In this document: positions 1 through 8,494 of the stretch, in pieces
Position numbering within the stretch: position 1 is the first letter of the stretch
Layout: every line of letters starts with the position of its first letter
Source: a virus
Taxonomy: Duplodnaviria; Caudoviricetes
Reading direction: 5' to 3' (one strand)
Length of the DNA: 63,999 nucleotides
IMG/VR virus record: IMGVR_UViG_3300037882_001089
Coordinates: 1 to 63,999 of that record
The notes under the pieces: generated by a model
Database searches by the model: none
The model's input: only the letters and a program-made list of their open reading frames with translations
What the model was told of the DNA's origin: nothing
Translations under genes and position numbers: made by a program

Positions 1-2
1 AA

Positions 3-161
3 TCAAACTATGTCAAATTAAAGACTAAAGATTTGGTTGAATTTGGTTATACTTCACTTACTGAAAAAGAAGTCGAAGAGCAAGTCGAAAAGATATTAGC
101 AAAGGATAATGATTTGTCAGTAATAGGTATGTTTTGTAAAGACGATTTGGATGTCAAATAG
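3..161 (+). CDS. 3' end of a small hypothetical protein (probable cassette gene, cut by the window start)
   Basis: Open frame SNYVKLKTKDLVEFGY...DDLDVK ends in TAG at 159-161, 9 nt before the TAAC of the first hairpin. Confidence 0.6.
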   Translation, partial: SNYVKLKTKDLVEFGYTSLTEKEVEEQVEKILAKDNDLSVIGMFCKDDLDVK

Positions 162-166
162 CATTG

Positions 167-302
167 CACCTAACGGTTTCTGGCTTTGCGAAGGCAAGGG
201 ATTAGAAGCACTAAACTTTAAAATTAGCACAAATGATTGATAGAGATACAAATGTTGAAATAACCGATGAAGCCCTTGCTTTTGCAAAACCAGTGTTAGG
301 CG
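167..302 (+). mobile_element. attC-like recombination hairpin A
   Basis: CACCTAAC-ggttt-CTGGcTTTGCgAAgGCAAGGG ... CCCTTGCtTTtGCAAAaCCAG-t-GTTAGGCG: imperfect inverted repeat with TAAC/GTTA ends and an asymmetric spacer. Confidence 0.85.
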
Positions 303-1111
303 AAGGGGCGGTTATTGGATGGTGGTCTGGCGGTATTACTTCGGCTGTTGCTTGTCGTTTAGCGATTGAGAAATATCCGAATGTAAGATTAGTTTATATT
401 GAAACAGGAAGCCACCACCCCGATACAATTAGATTTAAAACTGATTGTGAAAAATGGTATGGACAAGAAATTGAAACCATACAAAATAAGAAGTATGAAG
501 ACCACTTAGACGTTGTTTTATCAACTCGCTATGTAAATGGTGCAGGAGGTGCAAGATGCACAAAGGAACTTAAAAAAAATGTTCGTTTTGACTTTGAGAA
601 ATCAACTAAAATAGCTGCACAAGTTTGGGGCTATGAATTTGAAGCAAGTGAAATAAACAGAGCAATTAGAACGCAAGAACAATATGCCTATACAAATCCG
701 CTATTCCCTTTGATTGAAAACAAGCTATCAAAGAATGAATGTGCAGGGATTTTAGCAGGTGCAGGAATTGAAATACCAACTATGTATAAACTTGGTTACA
801 ATAACAACAACTGCATTGGATGTGTAAAAGGAGGTGCAGGATATTGGAATAAAATAAGGGTTGATTTTCCCGAAATATTTAAGCAAATGGCAGAAGCCGA
901 ACGAGAAGTTGGTGCAAGTTGCTTAAAGAATAAAGAAGGAAAAATTTATTTAGATGAATTAGACCCGAAAGCAGGAAACCCAACCGATTTAGTAACTGGT
1001 GAATGTGGCATATTTTGTCAAGTTGAATTTGCTCATATTATGTCAAAACGAACAAATGATATTTTAGAAGGCAAAGTTTCAATTTACGATGAACGTAGCC
1101 CTTTCGCCTAA
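233..1111 (+). CDS. PAPS-reductase/PP-loop family protein with Cys cluster (cassette gene)
   Basis: WWSGGITS PP-loop, RCTKELKK, NNNCIGCVKGG and ECGIFC motifs; the stop codon lies inside GCCTAAC. Confidence 0.75.
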   Translation: MIDRDTNVEITDEALAFAKPVLGEGAVIGWWSGGITSAVACRLAIEKYPNVRLVYIETGSHHPDTIRFKTDCEKWYGQEIETIQNKKYEDHLDVVLSTRYVNGAGGARCTKELKKNVRFDFEKSTKIAAQVWGYEFEASEINRAIRTQEQYAYTNPLFPLIENKLSKNECAGILAGAGIEIPTMYKLGYNNNNCIGCVKGGAGYWNKIRVDFPEIFKQMAEAEREVGASCLKNKEGKIYLDELDPKAGNPTDLVTGECGIFCQVEFAHIMSKRTNDILEGKVSIYDERSPFA

Positions 1112-1237
1112 CGTTATTCAGCTTGTTGCAGGCGTGGAATAGAAGCGTAAACTTTCGGATTAGAAACAAAGATTAAAAAACACGCAAGCGATTGGATAAA
1201 GCCTAAAGCCACGCTTGCTACAAACTGATGTTAGGCG
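1105..1237 (+). mobile_element. attC-like recombination hairpin B
   Basis: CGCCTAAC-gttat-TCAGcTTGTtGCAgGCGTGG ... CCACGCtTGCtACAAaCTGA-t-GTTAGGCG. Confidence 0.85.
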
Positions 1238-1540
1238 ATGTATTTTATTATGAAAACAGTTGGTACTATTGGACACGTTGACCACGGAAAAACAACATTA
1301 ACTGCTGCAATAAAAAGTGTTTTAGAAAAAGAAAAACATAGTGTTTATCAAGATGTTATTGAAGAAGTTTTCGAGTATAAAAATCCTTATGCTTTTTTAA
1401 ATGAAAAGCCAGCACCAAGTAAATCAAGATTAAAAAAATGTGAAAAAGGATTACACGAATTTTCAGAAACAGGATTTTCAGAAAATAATATTAAAAAATG
1501 GGCTTGTATTCATTGCGGAACGTTTATGCACAATCGTTAG
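1238..1540 (+). CDS. small protein with an EF-Tu-like G1/P-loop N-terminus and a C-terminal Cys/His zinc-binding motif (cassette gene)
   Basis: [18 protein letters not shown] matches the EF-Tu signature; CEKGLH...CIHC at the C-terminus; only 100 aa (start may be 1250). Confidence 0.7.
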   Translation: MYFIMKTVGTIGHVDHGKTTLTAAIKSVLEKEKHSVYQDVIEEVFEYKNPYAFLNEKPAPSKSRLKKCEKGLHEFSETGFSENNIKKWACIHCGTFMHNR

Positions 1541-1541
1541 C

Positions 1542-1606
1542 AATATATCGCCTAACATATATATGTAATCATACTTTTTAAACGCCAATAAACACAATAC
1601 TTAACG
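1542..1606 (+). mobile_element. putative attI-like site at the array end next to the recombinase
   Basis: The last cassette ends AATATATCGCCTAAC (1542-1556) and is followed by non-hairpin sequence, then the recombinase ATG. Confidence 0.5.
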
Positions 1607-2434
1607 ATGAAAACGTCTGAACACAAACAAAGTTTCATTCAGGAAATGAAACGTAGAGGATATAGAGAAAATAGCATTTTAAATTACAGTAGTTGTATTG
1701 ATGTTTTTTTATCTAAAATAAATAAAGACCATCCTAAAAATATTAACGAACAGAATATTAAGGACTTTTTGACTAATTGCATAAAAGCAAACACTCAAAG
1801 AAATTACCATTCAGCTATAAAATTGTTTTACGATATTTGTTTAAACCAAAAACAAAAATTTAAAAATATCCCTTATACACGAATTGATAAAAATATACCA
1901 ATTATTCTTTCGGTTGATGAGATTCAAAAAATGTTTGATGTATGTGAGAATAAAAAACACCGACTTATTTTAGCCCTACTATACTCTTGTTCTCTACGTG
2001 TTTCAGAATTAATAAATTTGAAGTGGGAAAATGTTGACAGAAGTAGAATGATTATTTATATTTTAAATGCAAAAGGAGGACGAGATAGACAGGTCGGATT
2101 AAACGATACATTAATTAAACTAATGGAAGAATATTACAAATTATTTAAAACTAAAACTTTTATTTTTAGCGGGCAATTTGGAGAACAATATTCCGACAGG
2201 AGCGTAGGACAAGTTGTGAAACAATTAGCAAATAAAGCAGGCATTAATAAAAGAGTTTACACGCATTTAATCAGACATTGTTCGGCTAGTCATTTACTAG
2301 ATAATGGGGTGGATATTAATTTAATTCAACGGATTTTAGGGCATAGTTCTGTTAAAACTACTTCTATATATTTACACACATCTCATGCGACAATTTCAAA
2401 AATACAATCTCCTTTAAATGCTATTAAATTATGA
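1607..2434 (+). CDS. tyrosine recombinase (XerD/integron-integrase-like)
   Basis: SAM-like N-terminus (RRGYRENSILNYSSCI); catalytic motifs LRVSEL, KGGRDR, HLIRH and LGHSSVKTTSIY. Confidence 0.92.
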   Translation: MKTSEHKQSFIQEMKRRGYRENSILNYSSCIDVFLSKINKDHPKNINEQNIKDFLTNCIKANTQRNYHSAIKLFYDICLNQKQKFKNIPYTRIDKNIPIILSVDEIQKMFDVCENKKHRLILALLYSCSLRVSELINLKWENVDRSRMIIYILNAKGGRDRQVGLNDTLIKLMEEYYKLFKTKTFIFSGQFGEQYSDRSVGQVVKQLANKAGINKRVYTHLIRHCSASHLLDNGVDINLIQRILGHSSVKTTSIYLHTSHATISKIQSPLNAIKL

Positions 2435-2456
2435 ATTTTAATTAAATTATTAGATT

Positions 2457-2828
2457 ATGGAAAAGATATTAATAGAGATTTGTAAATTTTACAATACAGA
2501 TAGTAGATTTATATTTCGGGAAAGCAGAAAAATGAAAGTAGTTTATTTGCGACACTTGTTTTTCTATTTGGTTAAATCTACTTATAGAGAGATTCCTTAT
2601 AGAGAGATTCAGGAGTTTTGCTTGAATTATAAAAGATTTAAAGTTGACCACGCAACAATATTACACGCAAAAAAACAAATTCAAAACAGAATTGATACAG
2701 ATGCAGATGTTCGGAGTGACGTACAATACCTTTTAATGAATATTAAAGACGCTCATACAAAATCTATTGTTATTTCAAATGTAGATTTAGTTAGTTATTG
2801 TGATATTCCAAGATTTATTAACAGTTAA
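2457..2828 (+). CDS. DnaA C-terminal-like helix-turn-helix protein
   Basis: SRKMKVVYLRHLFFYL...DHATILHA resembles DnaA domain IV. Confidence 0.6.
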   Translation: MEKILIEICKFYNTDSRFIFRESRKMKVVYLRHLFFYLVKSTYREIPYREIQEFCLNYKRFKVDHATILHAKKQIQNRIDTDADVRSDVQYLLMNIKDAHTKSIVISNVDLVSYCDIPRFINS

Positions 2829-2838
2829 TTTAAAAAAA

Positions 2839-3327
2839 ATGAAAACATTATTATTATTATTATTTCCGATATTAGTTTCGGCACAATCAGTAAATTTATC
2901 TGAAAACACATCTTATGGTGGTAATTGTGGGAATGGATTTACAACAGAAGTAAATATAAACGGTGATTTAAACTTAAATAATTATATTTTAACTCTACGA
3001 AATGTTAACCTAAATATCTCAGGAAACTTAAATGGTTATGGAGAGATAAATCGTTGCGGTAACTATGACCACTCAACAATATGTGTTTTTGGAGTTATCC
3101 AAAATACAGTAAATTTAAATGGGATTTCTTGTAACAATTTAGATATAAAAGAATTTGATGCTAATAAAGATTTAGGGCATAAATTCACGGTTTATAATAT
3201 TTTAGGACAAGTTATATTAGAAGGCTTTACGACAAAGGAGTTCTTTTATATTTTACCAAAACAAACAATTCTAATTATTAAAATAGAAGGTTTTAAAACA
3301 ATTAAATTATATAAAAACTTAAATTAA
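2839..3327 (+). CDS. secreted protein with signal peptide and T9SS CTD-like C-terminus
   Basis: MKTLLLLLFPILVSAQ signal peptide; C-terminal TVYNILGQVI...LIIKIEGFKTIKLYK. Confidence 0.55.
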   Translation: MKTLLLLLFPILVSAQSVNLSENTSYGGNCGNGFTTEVNINGDLNLNNYILTLRNVNLNISGNLNGYGEINRCGNYDHSTICVFGVIQNTVNLNGISCNNLDIKEFDANKDLGHKFTVYNILGQVILEGFTTKEFFYILPKQTILIIKIEGFKTIKLYKNLN

Positions 3328-3328
3328 A

Positions 3329-3838
3329 ATGAAAAAAATATTATTGTTAGGAGTTTTACTTATCGGGATGACAGGTAACTCACAAGGAATTAGATTTGGA
3401 GAGAAAGAAAACTTTACCGCTTCTTTGTCGGTTGACCCGATGGCGACTATTAAAGAGAAATCTCCTAACGTAGTGGCTGAAATTGAATTAGTTTCCTATT
3501 GGAAGTATGTAAAGGCAAGTGTACAAGTACTTCCTAGTTTACAAGGAGGATATTTAGATTTAGCTGGAGGACTTGGTTTAAATTTAACAAGTGGTTATTT
3601 TGAACAAATGCGATATTATGGAGGAATTAGATTAGGTGTTATTAAACGTGGATTTACAGAAGATGAAACATATACTTATCCTCTTTTTGGTTTTGAAGGA
3701 GGTATAAACTACAATGTAACCGATAAGTTTTTTATAGGTATAAGAGCCACTTCTGATTATCGAAGCGATTTTAAATACAGCGGAGCAAAACCCTTTTATC
3801 GTAATTCAGGATTTGTTAAATTAGGATTTAATTTTTAG
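3329..3838 (+). CDS. outer-membrane beta-barrel protein
   Basis: Signal peptide, alternating amphipathic strands, C-terminal GFVKLGFNF Bam signal. Confidence 0.7.
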   Translation: MKKILLLGVLLIGMTGNSQGIRFGEKENFTASLSVDPMATIKEKSPNVVAEIELVSYWKYVKASVQVLPSLQGGYLDLAGGLGLNLTSGYFEQMRYYGGIRLGVIKRGFTEDETYTYPLFGFEGGINYNVTDKFFIGIRATSDYRSDFKYSGAKPFYRNSGFVKLGFNF

Positions 3839-3841
3839 ATT

Positions 3842-4240
3842 ATGACAAAAAAAGAAAAAATAAAAGAATCTTATGGCGAATATTGGGAATTAATACAGCC
3901 TGATGTTGATGAAAATGGGTGGGTTGCACATTGGAATCATTTTTTAAGAACTGAAATCCAAAATCATTACGAATTAGAAACAATGACTTATGGCGTTGGG
4001 ACTTGTTGGCGACCAAAATCAATTCAAGGCATAGAAAACAACAATGGGTGGGTTAAAATAAACATTTCACTTGACTTACCAACAAAAAATTTAGATTGTT
4101 GGTTTGAAAATAAAGACGGAATGTTTAGAGGTTATTATAATAGAAAGCAAAATTTCTTTTACGATGAAAAATATGAGGTTATAAGACATGAAGTAACCCA
4201 TTATCAAGAAATATTAAAACCTAAACCCTCAATATTTTAA
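3842..4240 (+). CDS. hypothetical phage protein (DUF551-like C-terminus)
   Basis: NNNGWVKI...LP...VTHYQEI pattern. Confidence 0.5.
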   Translation: MTKKEKIKESYGEYWELIQPDVDENGWVAHWNHFLRTEIQNHYELETMTYGVGTCWRPKSIQGIENNNGWVKINISLDLPTKNLDCWFENKDGMFRGYYNRKQNFFYDEKYEVIRHEVTHYQEILKPKPSIF

Positions 4241-4243
4241 ACG

Positions 4244-4369
4244 ATGAAACTATCCGAAGAAGAAAGAGAGGAAATGAGAATACTTTTCAGACGAGCAAGT
4301 ATTTTTATATCAATAGCATCATTTTTTATTATTGGGGCTATTTTATACATCATTAAAACTAAGCAATAA
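4244..4369 (+). CDS. small membrane protein (41 aa)
   Basis: MKLSEEEREEMRILFRRASIFISIASFFIIGAILYIIKTKQ fills the gap between neighbouring genes. Confidence 0.5.
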   Translation: MKLSEEEREEMRILFRRASIFISIASFFIIGAILYIIKTKQ

Positions 4370-4370
4370 A

Positions 4371-4814
4371 ATGAGAACATTAGACGACTTAATTCCATTA
4401 ATTACAAATTGGGCGGAGAAAAAAGATTTATTGAAATACGAAAGTGCAGATAAACAACGTTTAAAACTTGTTGAAGAAGTTGGCGAGTTGGCGAGTGCTA
4501 TTTTAAAGAATGACATTGCCCTACAAAGGGATTCAATTGGAGATTGCTTCGTGGTATTAGTGATTTTATCCAAACAGATAGACTCCAAATTACAAGTAAA
4601 ACCAATGAAGTATCATCAAAGTATTAATCAATGTATTTATGAGATTATTCGGGTAAACTCCTACGATAGTAAAAATACTTATATTTGGGAGCTTTACGCA
4701 ATATGCACTGAACTTGAATTAGATTTAGTAGAATGTGTGAACCTTGCTTGGAATGAAATTAAAGATAGAAAAGGAGTTACAGAGAATGGTACTTTTTTAA
4801 GAGAGCAAAACTAA
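4371..4814 (+). CDS. MazG-like nucleotide pyrophosphohydrolase
   Basis: KLVEEVGELA...DSIGD and AWNEIKDRKG...GTF motifs. Confidence 0.8.
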   Translation: MRTLDDLIPLITNWAEKKDLLKYESADKQRLKLVEEVGELASAILKNDIALQRDSIGDCFVVLVILSKQIDSKLQVKPMKYHQSINQCIYEIIRVNSYDSKNTYIWELYAICTELELDLVECVNLAWNEIKDRKGVTENGTFLREQN

Positions 4815-4974
4815 TTATTATGAAAGGCAAACTAACATTTTTAAATTGGTTAAAAATACTTACGAAATGTTGTATTTGTAGAACATATCCCAAAGAAAAC
4901 AAATCCTCTTTATGTAAAAGTTGTAAAGGAGTTTTGACGCATAGTTGCAGTAACCATAAAATACATTATTTCAA

Positions 4975-5214
4975 ATGAGAAAATACTTAGACAACAACGA
5001 AGAAGAAGTTTTCGAGAGCGAAGAAGATTTCCTTAAAAACGAAGTTAACACTTTAGAAAATAGAGTTTTTAGATTAAAGAACGAAAAAGACCGCCTCCAA
5101 GATGTTTTAAAGCTATGTAAAGGAGTTTTTGAGAATTTCAATACATTCGGGCATATAACAGAAAAAGAAGCCAAAAACTGCTTAAAAGAAATAGAATCAA
5201 TTAAATATTATTAA
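4975..5214 (+). CDS. hypothetical coiled-coil protein
   Basis: Closely packed, co-oriented ORF. Confidence 0.55.
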   Translation: MRKYLDNNEEEVFESEEDFLKNEVNTLENRVFRLKNEKDRLQDVLKLCKGVFENFNTFGHITEKEAKNCLKEIESIKYY

Positions 5215-5215
5215 T

Positions 5216-5515
5216 ATGGGAGAAGATATTCAATCAATCATAGGGAGTTTTATTAAGAATCAAAGGAGTTCTAAAAACTTATCCACAAGAGCATTATCTT
5301 CTTTGGCATTTGGTCACGAAAACTACGCAACAAAGATTTTAAAAATAGAGAAAGGAGTTTTAAAAGGTGTAGAGTTTAATACTTTAGAAAAGATATTTTC
5401 GGGGCTTGATATTAGTTTAAAAAATCTTTTCCTATTATTAGATTTGCACAAAGAGTTTCCTAATGATTTTGATTTAGGAAGCCAAATGAGAAAAATACTA
5501 ACCAATACTAATTAG
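5216..5515 (+). CDS. XRE-family HTH protein
   Basis: IGSFIKNQR...LSTRALS...ILKIEKG...TLEKIFSGLDISL. Confidence 0.75.
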   Translation: MGEDIQSIIGSFIKNQRSSKNLSTRALSSLAFGHENYATKILKIEKGVLKGVEFNTLEKIFSGLDISLKNLFLLLDLHKEFPNDFDLGSQMRKILTNTN

Positions 5516-5517
5516 TT

Positions 5518-5712
5518 ATGAATCGAAATCTAATAGAAGAAACAGAAACTTTTAAAAAGTGTGATTTGTTCCAACAAAGACTAATACTAAAAGCAAAGAA
5601 TGTAGAGATAATGGAACACACCATTAATGTTTACAAGAATACTAACTATCTTAATGAAGCTATTGGAAGTAGAAACTTAGCTATTGTTAAGGAGATTTTA
5701 AAACTAAAATAA
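5518..5712 (+). CDS. hypothetical protein
   Basis: Closely packed ORF. Confidence 0.5.
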   Translation: MNRNLIEETETFKKCDLFQQRLILKAKNVEIMEHTINVYKNTNYLNEAIGSRNLAIVKEILKLK

Positions 5713-5714
5713 TT

Positions 5715-6395
5715 ATGGAAAACAACAATAATGAATTAGCATTAATAAGCGCAGATGATTTAAGCTTAGTAGAACAAAATAGCTTAAATGCAAATCAATT
5801 AGCTTTGATTTTAAAGAAAACTCCTAAACAATATGTGCATAATAGACCCGCTAAAGGTGGCGGAACTTGGGAATATGTAACTGGTGGGTATGTAAAAAAG
5901 TGCCTTAATCTTATGTTTGGTTGGGATTGGAGTTTTGAGGTAATTGATGAAAAGATACTTTTTGGAGAAGCTATTGTAAAAGGAAAACTAACTTGTAGGA
6001 GTAATGGTAAGGAGATTGTAAAGATGCAGTTTGGGAACAAGGATATTATGTATAAAAAACAAACTCCAGAAGAAATTAGCAAAGGATTAGAGAGAGTTCC
6101 TTTATCTATCGGGAACGACCTAAAATCCGCAACAACTGACTGCCTTAAAAAATGCGCTTCGGAAATAGGTATTGCTTCTGATATTTATAATAAAGAAGAT
6201 TTTAGAGAAGTGAGAGTTGAAACAGAAAAAGATATTGAACCTATTTTTGAAAAGCTAAAAACTCTATTTGAAAATAAAAAAGATGTAATTCCATCCATTG
6301 ACTTTAAAGAAATTAACGATGCTATTGAATCAGATTTTAATGTTAAGAAAGTTAAAGCATATAAAAGATTCATTGACTATTTAGAAAAACTATAA
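5715..6395 (+). CDS. Rad52/Sak-like ssDNA annealing protein
   Basis: RPAKGGGTWEYV...LNLMFGWDWSFEV...KSATTDCLKKCASEIGIASDIY. Confidence 0.8.
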   Translation: MENNNNELALISADDLSLVEQNSLNANQLALILKKTPKQYVHNRPAKGGGTWEYVTGGYVKKCLNLMFGWDWSFEVIDEKILFGEAIVKGKLTCRSNGKEIVKMQFGNKDIMYKKQTPEEISKGLERVPLSIGNDLKSATTDCLKKCASEIGIASDIYNKEDFREVRVETEKDIEPIFEKLKTLFENKKDVIPSIDFKEINDAIESDFNVKKVKAYKRFIDYLEKL

Positions 6396-6396
6396 A

Positions 6397-7275
6397 ATGG
6401 AAGCAGACAAAGTACTATTCAATGCGAGTTCCGCAGGAGCTTTACTAACAGAAAAACAAGGTGCTAAATTTACTGATGTTCAAAAACTAAGAATATTAGA
6501 ATTAGAAAAAGAACGTGATACTGGTTTAAATGCAAATGGTAACAAGGTAAAATGGGAAGGCACAAAGAAGCCTGATGAGTTAGCAGAACTAATAGCAAAA
6601 AGAGATGCTCCACCTGAGTTATCCGATACCGCAAAAGCATTAGTTCGTAAAGTTTGGCTTAGAAATGAAAAGGGAATCTACTCTAATATTAAGTCAAAGT
6701 TTTTAGATAAGGGTATAATGAAAGAAGAAGATTCTATTTCATTAGTTTCAGAAGTTGAAGGAGTTTTGTACGTTAAAAACGAAGAGCGAATTAAGAACGA
6801 ATATTTTTCGGGTGAATGTGATATTGTTAAGGATTTTGAAAATAAAAGATTGATTATTGATACTAAAACCAGTTGGTCAGCAGAAACTTTTATGGACGCA
6901 AAACCTACTTTAGATTACGAGATTCAAGGTCAAATCTATATGGAGTTATGGGATGCAGACGAATTTGAATTAAAATTTGTACTTGTCGATGCACCCGATA
7001 ATTTAGTTCAGCGTGAGAAAGATTTAGCGAAGTGGAAGTATTTTTCAGGAGATATGACCGACGAAGAATTAAATCACATGGAAGAACTTATGTCGCATAT
7101 CTATGAACAGATAGAAAGGAATATGATATATTCTAATAACGAAAGAATTACAAAAGAAGAATGTATTAAAACTTTTTACTTCAAAAGAGATAAGGAGATT
7201 TACGCAAAACTCGTAGAAAAAGTAAAATTAGCAAGACAGTATTACAAAACTCTATCACTAAATCATAAACATTAA
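6397..7275 (+). CDS. YqaJ/lambda-exonuclease-like PD-(D/E)xK nuclease
   Basis: KGIMKEEDSI, SGECDI, IIDTKTSW, YEIQGQIYMELW; paired with the annealase. Confidence 0.75.
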   Translation: MEADKVLFNASSAGALLTEKQGAKFTDVQKLRILELEKERDTGLNANGNKVKWEGTKKPDELAELIAKRDAPPELSDTAKALVRKVWLRNEKGIYSNIKSKFLDKGIMKEEDSISLVSEVEGVLYVKNEERIKNEYFSGECDIVKDFENKRLIIDTKTSWSAETFMDAKPTLDYEIQGQIYMELWDADEFELKFVLVDAPDNLVQREKDLAKWKYFSGDMTDEELNHMEELMSHIYEQIERNMIYSNNERITKEECIKTFYFKRDKEIYAKLVEKVKLARQYYKTLSLNHKH

Positions 7276-7285
7276 AAATATCATT

Positions 7286-7900
7286 ATGGAAGTTAAAATT
7301 TACAGAGAATTAGAGAATGAATCTTTAATTCTAAACGAAACAGATTTAGAGCAATATAACTCTTTAGCTTTAGAGTTAGGAATCGCTACAAAACAAAAAG
7401 CAGAGGCAAATGATTGTCCTGTTGTTTATCCTATTTTAAATGAAGCGATGCAAAGACAATTAAAAGCGTTATGTCCTTCAAGTGAGGTTATAGGTAAATA
7501 CACAAGAAGCACAATTCCTTTAGAAATATTAACTGTTTACAAGTTTTGTAAAGACAATAATATGTTTGATGAAGTAAAAATTTGGTTCGACGATAAACAA
7601 TTAGACCCTTTAGTTATTGGATATAATTGGATGTCAGAAGAAGCAAAAGAAAAAGATTATAGCTGGCAAAAAAATAAATATCTAATTGCCCGTTGGGGAG
7701 ATTGTGCCAAAGAAATTCCTGAACTATTAAATGATGGTTTTGAAAGAATGAAATTACAACTTCAAGAAAAAGCTATTGTTGCACAAGAAAAATGTAATTC
7801 AGTACTAAACAACTTAGATGTTTACACCCGAAAAATAGTAAACGGACAATCGAGTGATATGAATATTGATTTAAGAACTGATGCCGATGGTATTTTCTAA
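7286..7900 (+). CDS. hypothetical protein
   Basis: 204-aa ORF in the operon. Confidence 0.65.
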   Translation: MEVKIYRELENESLILNETDLEQYNSLALELGIATKQKAEANDCPVVYPILNEAMQRQLKALCPSSEVIGKYTRSTIPLEILTVYKFCKDNNMFDEVKIWFDDKQLDPLVIGYNWMSEEAKEKDYSWQKNKYLIARWGDCAKEIPELLNDGFERMKLQLQEKAIVAQEKCNSVLNNLDVYTRKIVNGQSSDMNIDLRTDADGIF

Positions 7901-7904
7901 CAAT

Positions 7905-8111
7905 ATGACACAAACTAATTACACCACTAACCAACTTTTAATTGATTTTTTTGGGAAGTACGACTATACTCAATTAGAGTTCTCAAATATGGTTGGCATA
8001 AGAACAGGAACGCTTCGAGATTATCTCCACAACAAAAAAGAAATAAAGTTTAGTAGATTAGAAGCTATAATAAAATCATTCAATTTAACGTTAACAATTA
8101 AAACTAATTAA
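7905..8111 (+). CDS. XRE-like HTH protein
   Basis: TQLEFSNMVGIRTGTLRDYL...IKFSRLEAI. Confidence 0.65.
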   Translation: MTQTNYTTNQLLIDFFGKYDYTQLEFSNMVGIRTGTLRDYLHNKKEIKFSRLEAIIKSFNLTLTIKTN

Positions 8112-8112
8112 T

Positions 8113-8388
8113 ATGGAAGTAACAGGTTCACTAAAACTAATAAAAGAAACAGAGGATATTGGGACATCAGGATTCCAAAAACGAGAAGTTGTAATAACAA
8201 CATCTGAACAATACTCCCAAGACTTACTTATTCAGTTTTCCCAAGATAAATGTAATAAGTTAGACGAGTTTAATATAGGAGATTCTGTAAAAATTTCCAT
8301 TAATTTGAAGGGTCGTGAATGGACTTCCCCACTCGGAGAAACTAAGTACTTCAATACAATTGAGGGGTGGAGAATTGAAAAAGCATAA
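8113..8388 (+). CDS. DUF3127 family OB-fold (SSB-like) protein
   Basis: GFQKREVV...YSQDLLIQF...INLKGREW...YFNTIEGWRIE, typical of Bacteroidota. Confidence 0.85.
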   Translation: MEVTGSLKLIKETEDIGTSGFQKREVVITTSEQYSQDLLIQFSQDKCNKLDEFNIGDSVKISINLKGREWTSPLGETKYFNTIEGWRIEKA

Positions 8389-8398
8389 TAAAATATAT

Positions 8399-8428
8399 AA
8401 ACTCCTATTAAATTAGGAGTTTATTTTA
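8399..8428 (+). terminator. intrinsic terminator-like hairpin
   Basis: AAACTCCTA-ttaaat-TAGGAGTTT followed by a T-rich tract. Confidence 0.55.
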
Positions 8429-8469
8429 TAATATACATATACTTTTTGTGTAATTATAACTATTTTATA

Positions 8470-8477
8470 TATCTTTG
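8470..8477 (+). promoter_or_regulatory. Bacteroidota sigma-A -7 element for the replication operon
   Basis: TATCTTTG (TAnnTTTG consensus), with TTTG upstream near 8445. Confidence 0.6.
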
Positions 8478-8494
8478 TAATCAAAATAAAAACT

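Noticed and set aside
167-1237. Hairpins as terminators, REP elements or CRISPR repeats
   Set aside because: There are no U-tracts, the sequences are not identical, the loops are long and variable, and the enclosed units are whole genes with complementary ends.
1238-1540. Genuine tuf gene
   Set aside because: Only about 18 residues match EF-Tu; the protein is 100 aa and lacks the other GTPase motifs.
1607-2434. Lysogeny integrase marking a prophage boundary
   Set aside because: It is short, lacks an arm-binding domain, has phage genes on both sides and abuts the cassette array. A dual role is not excluded.
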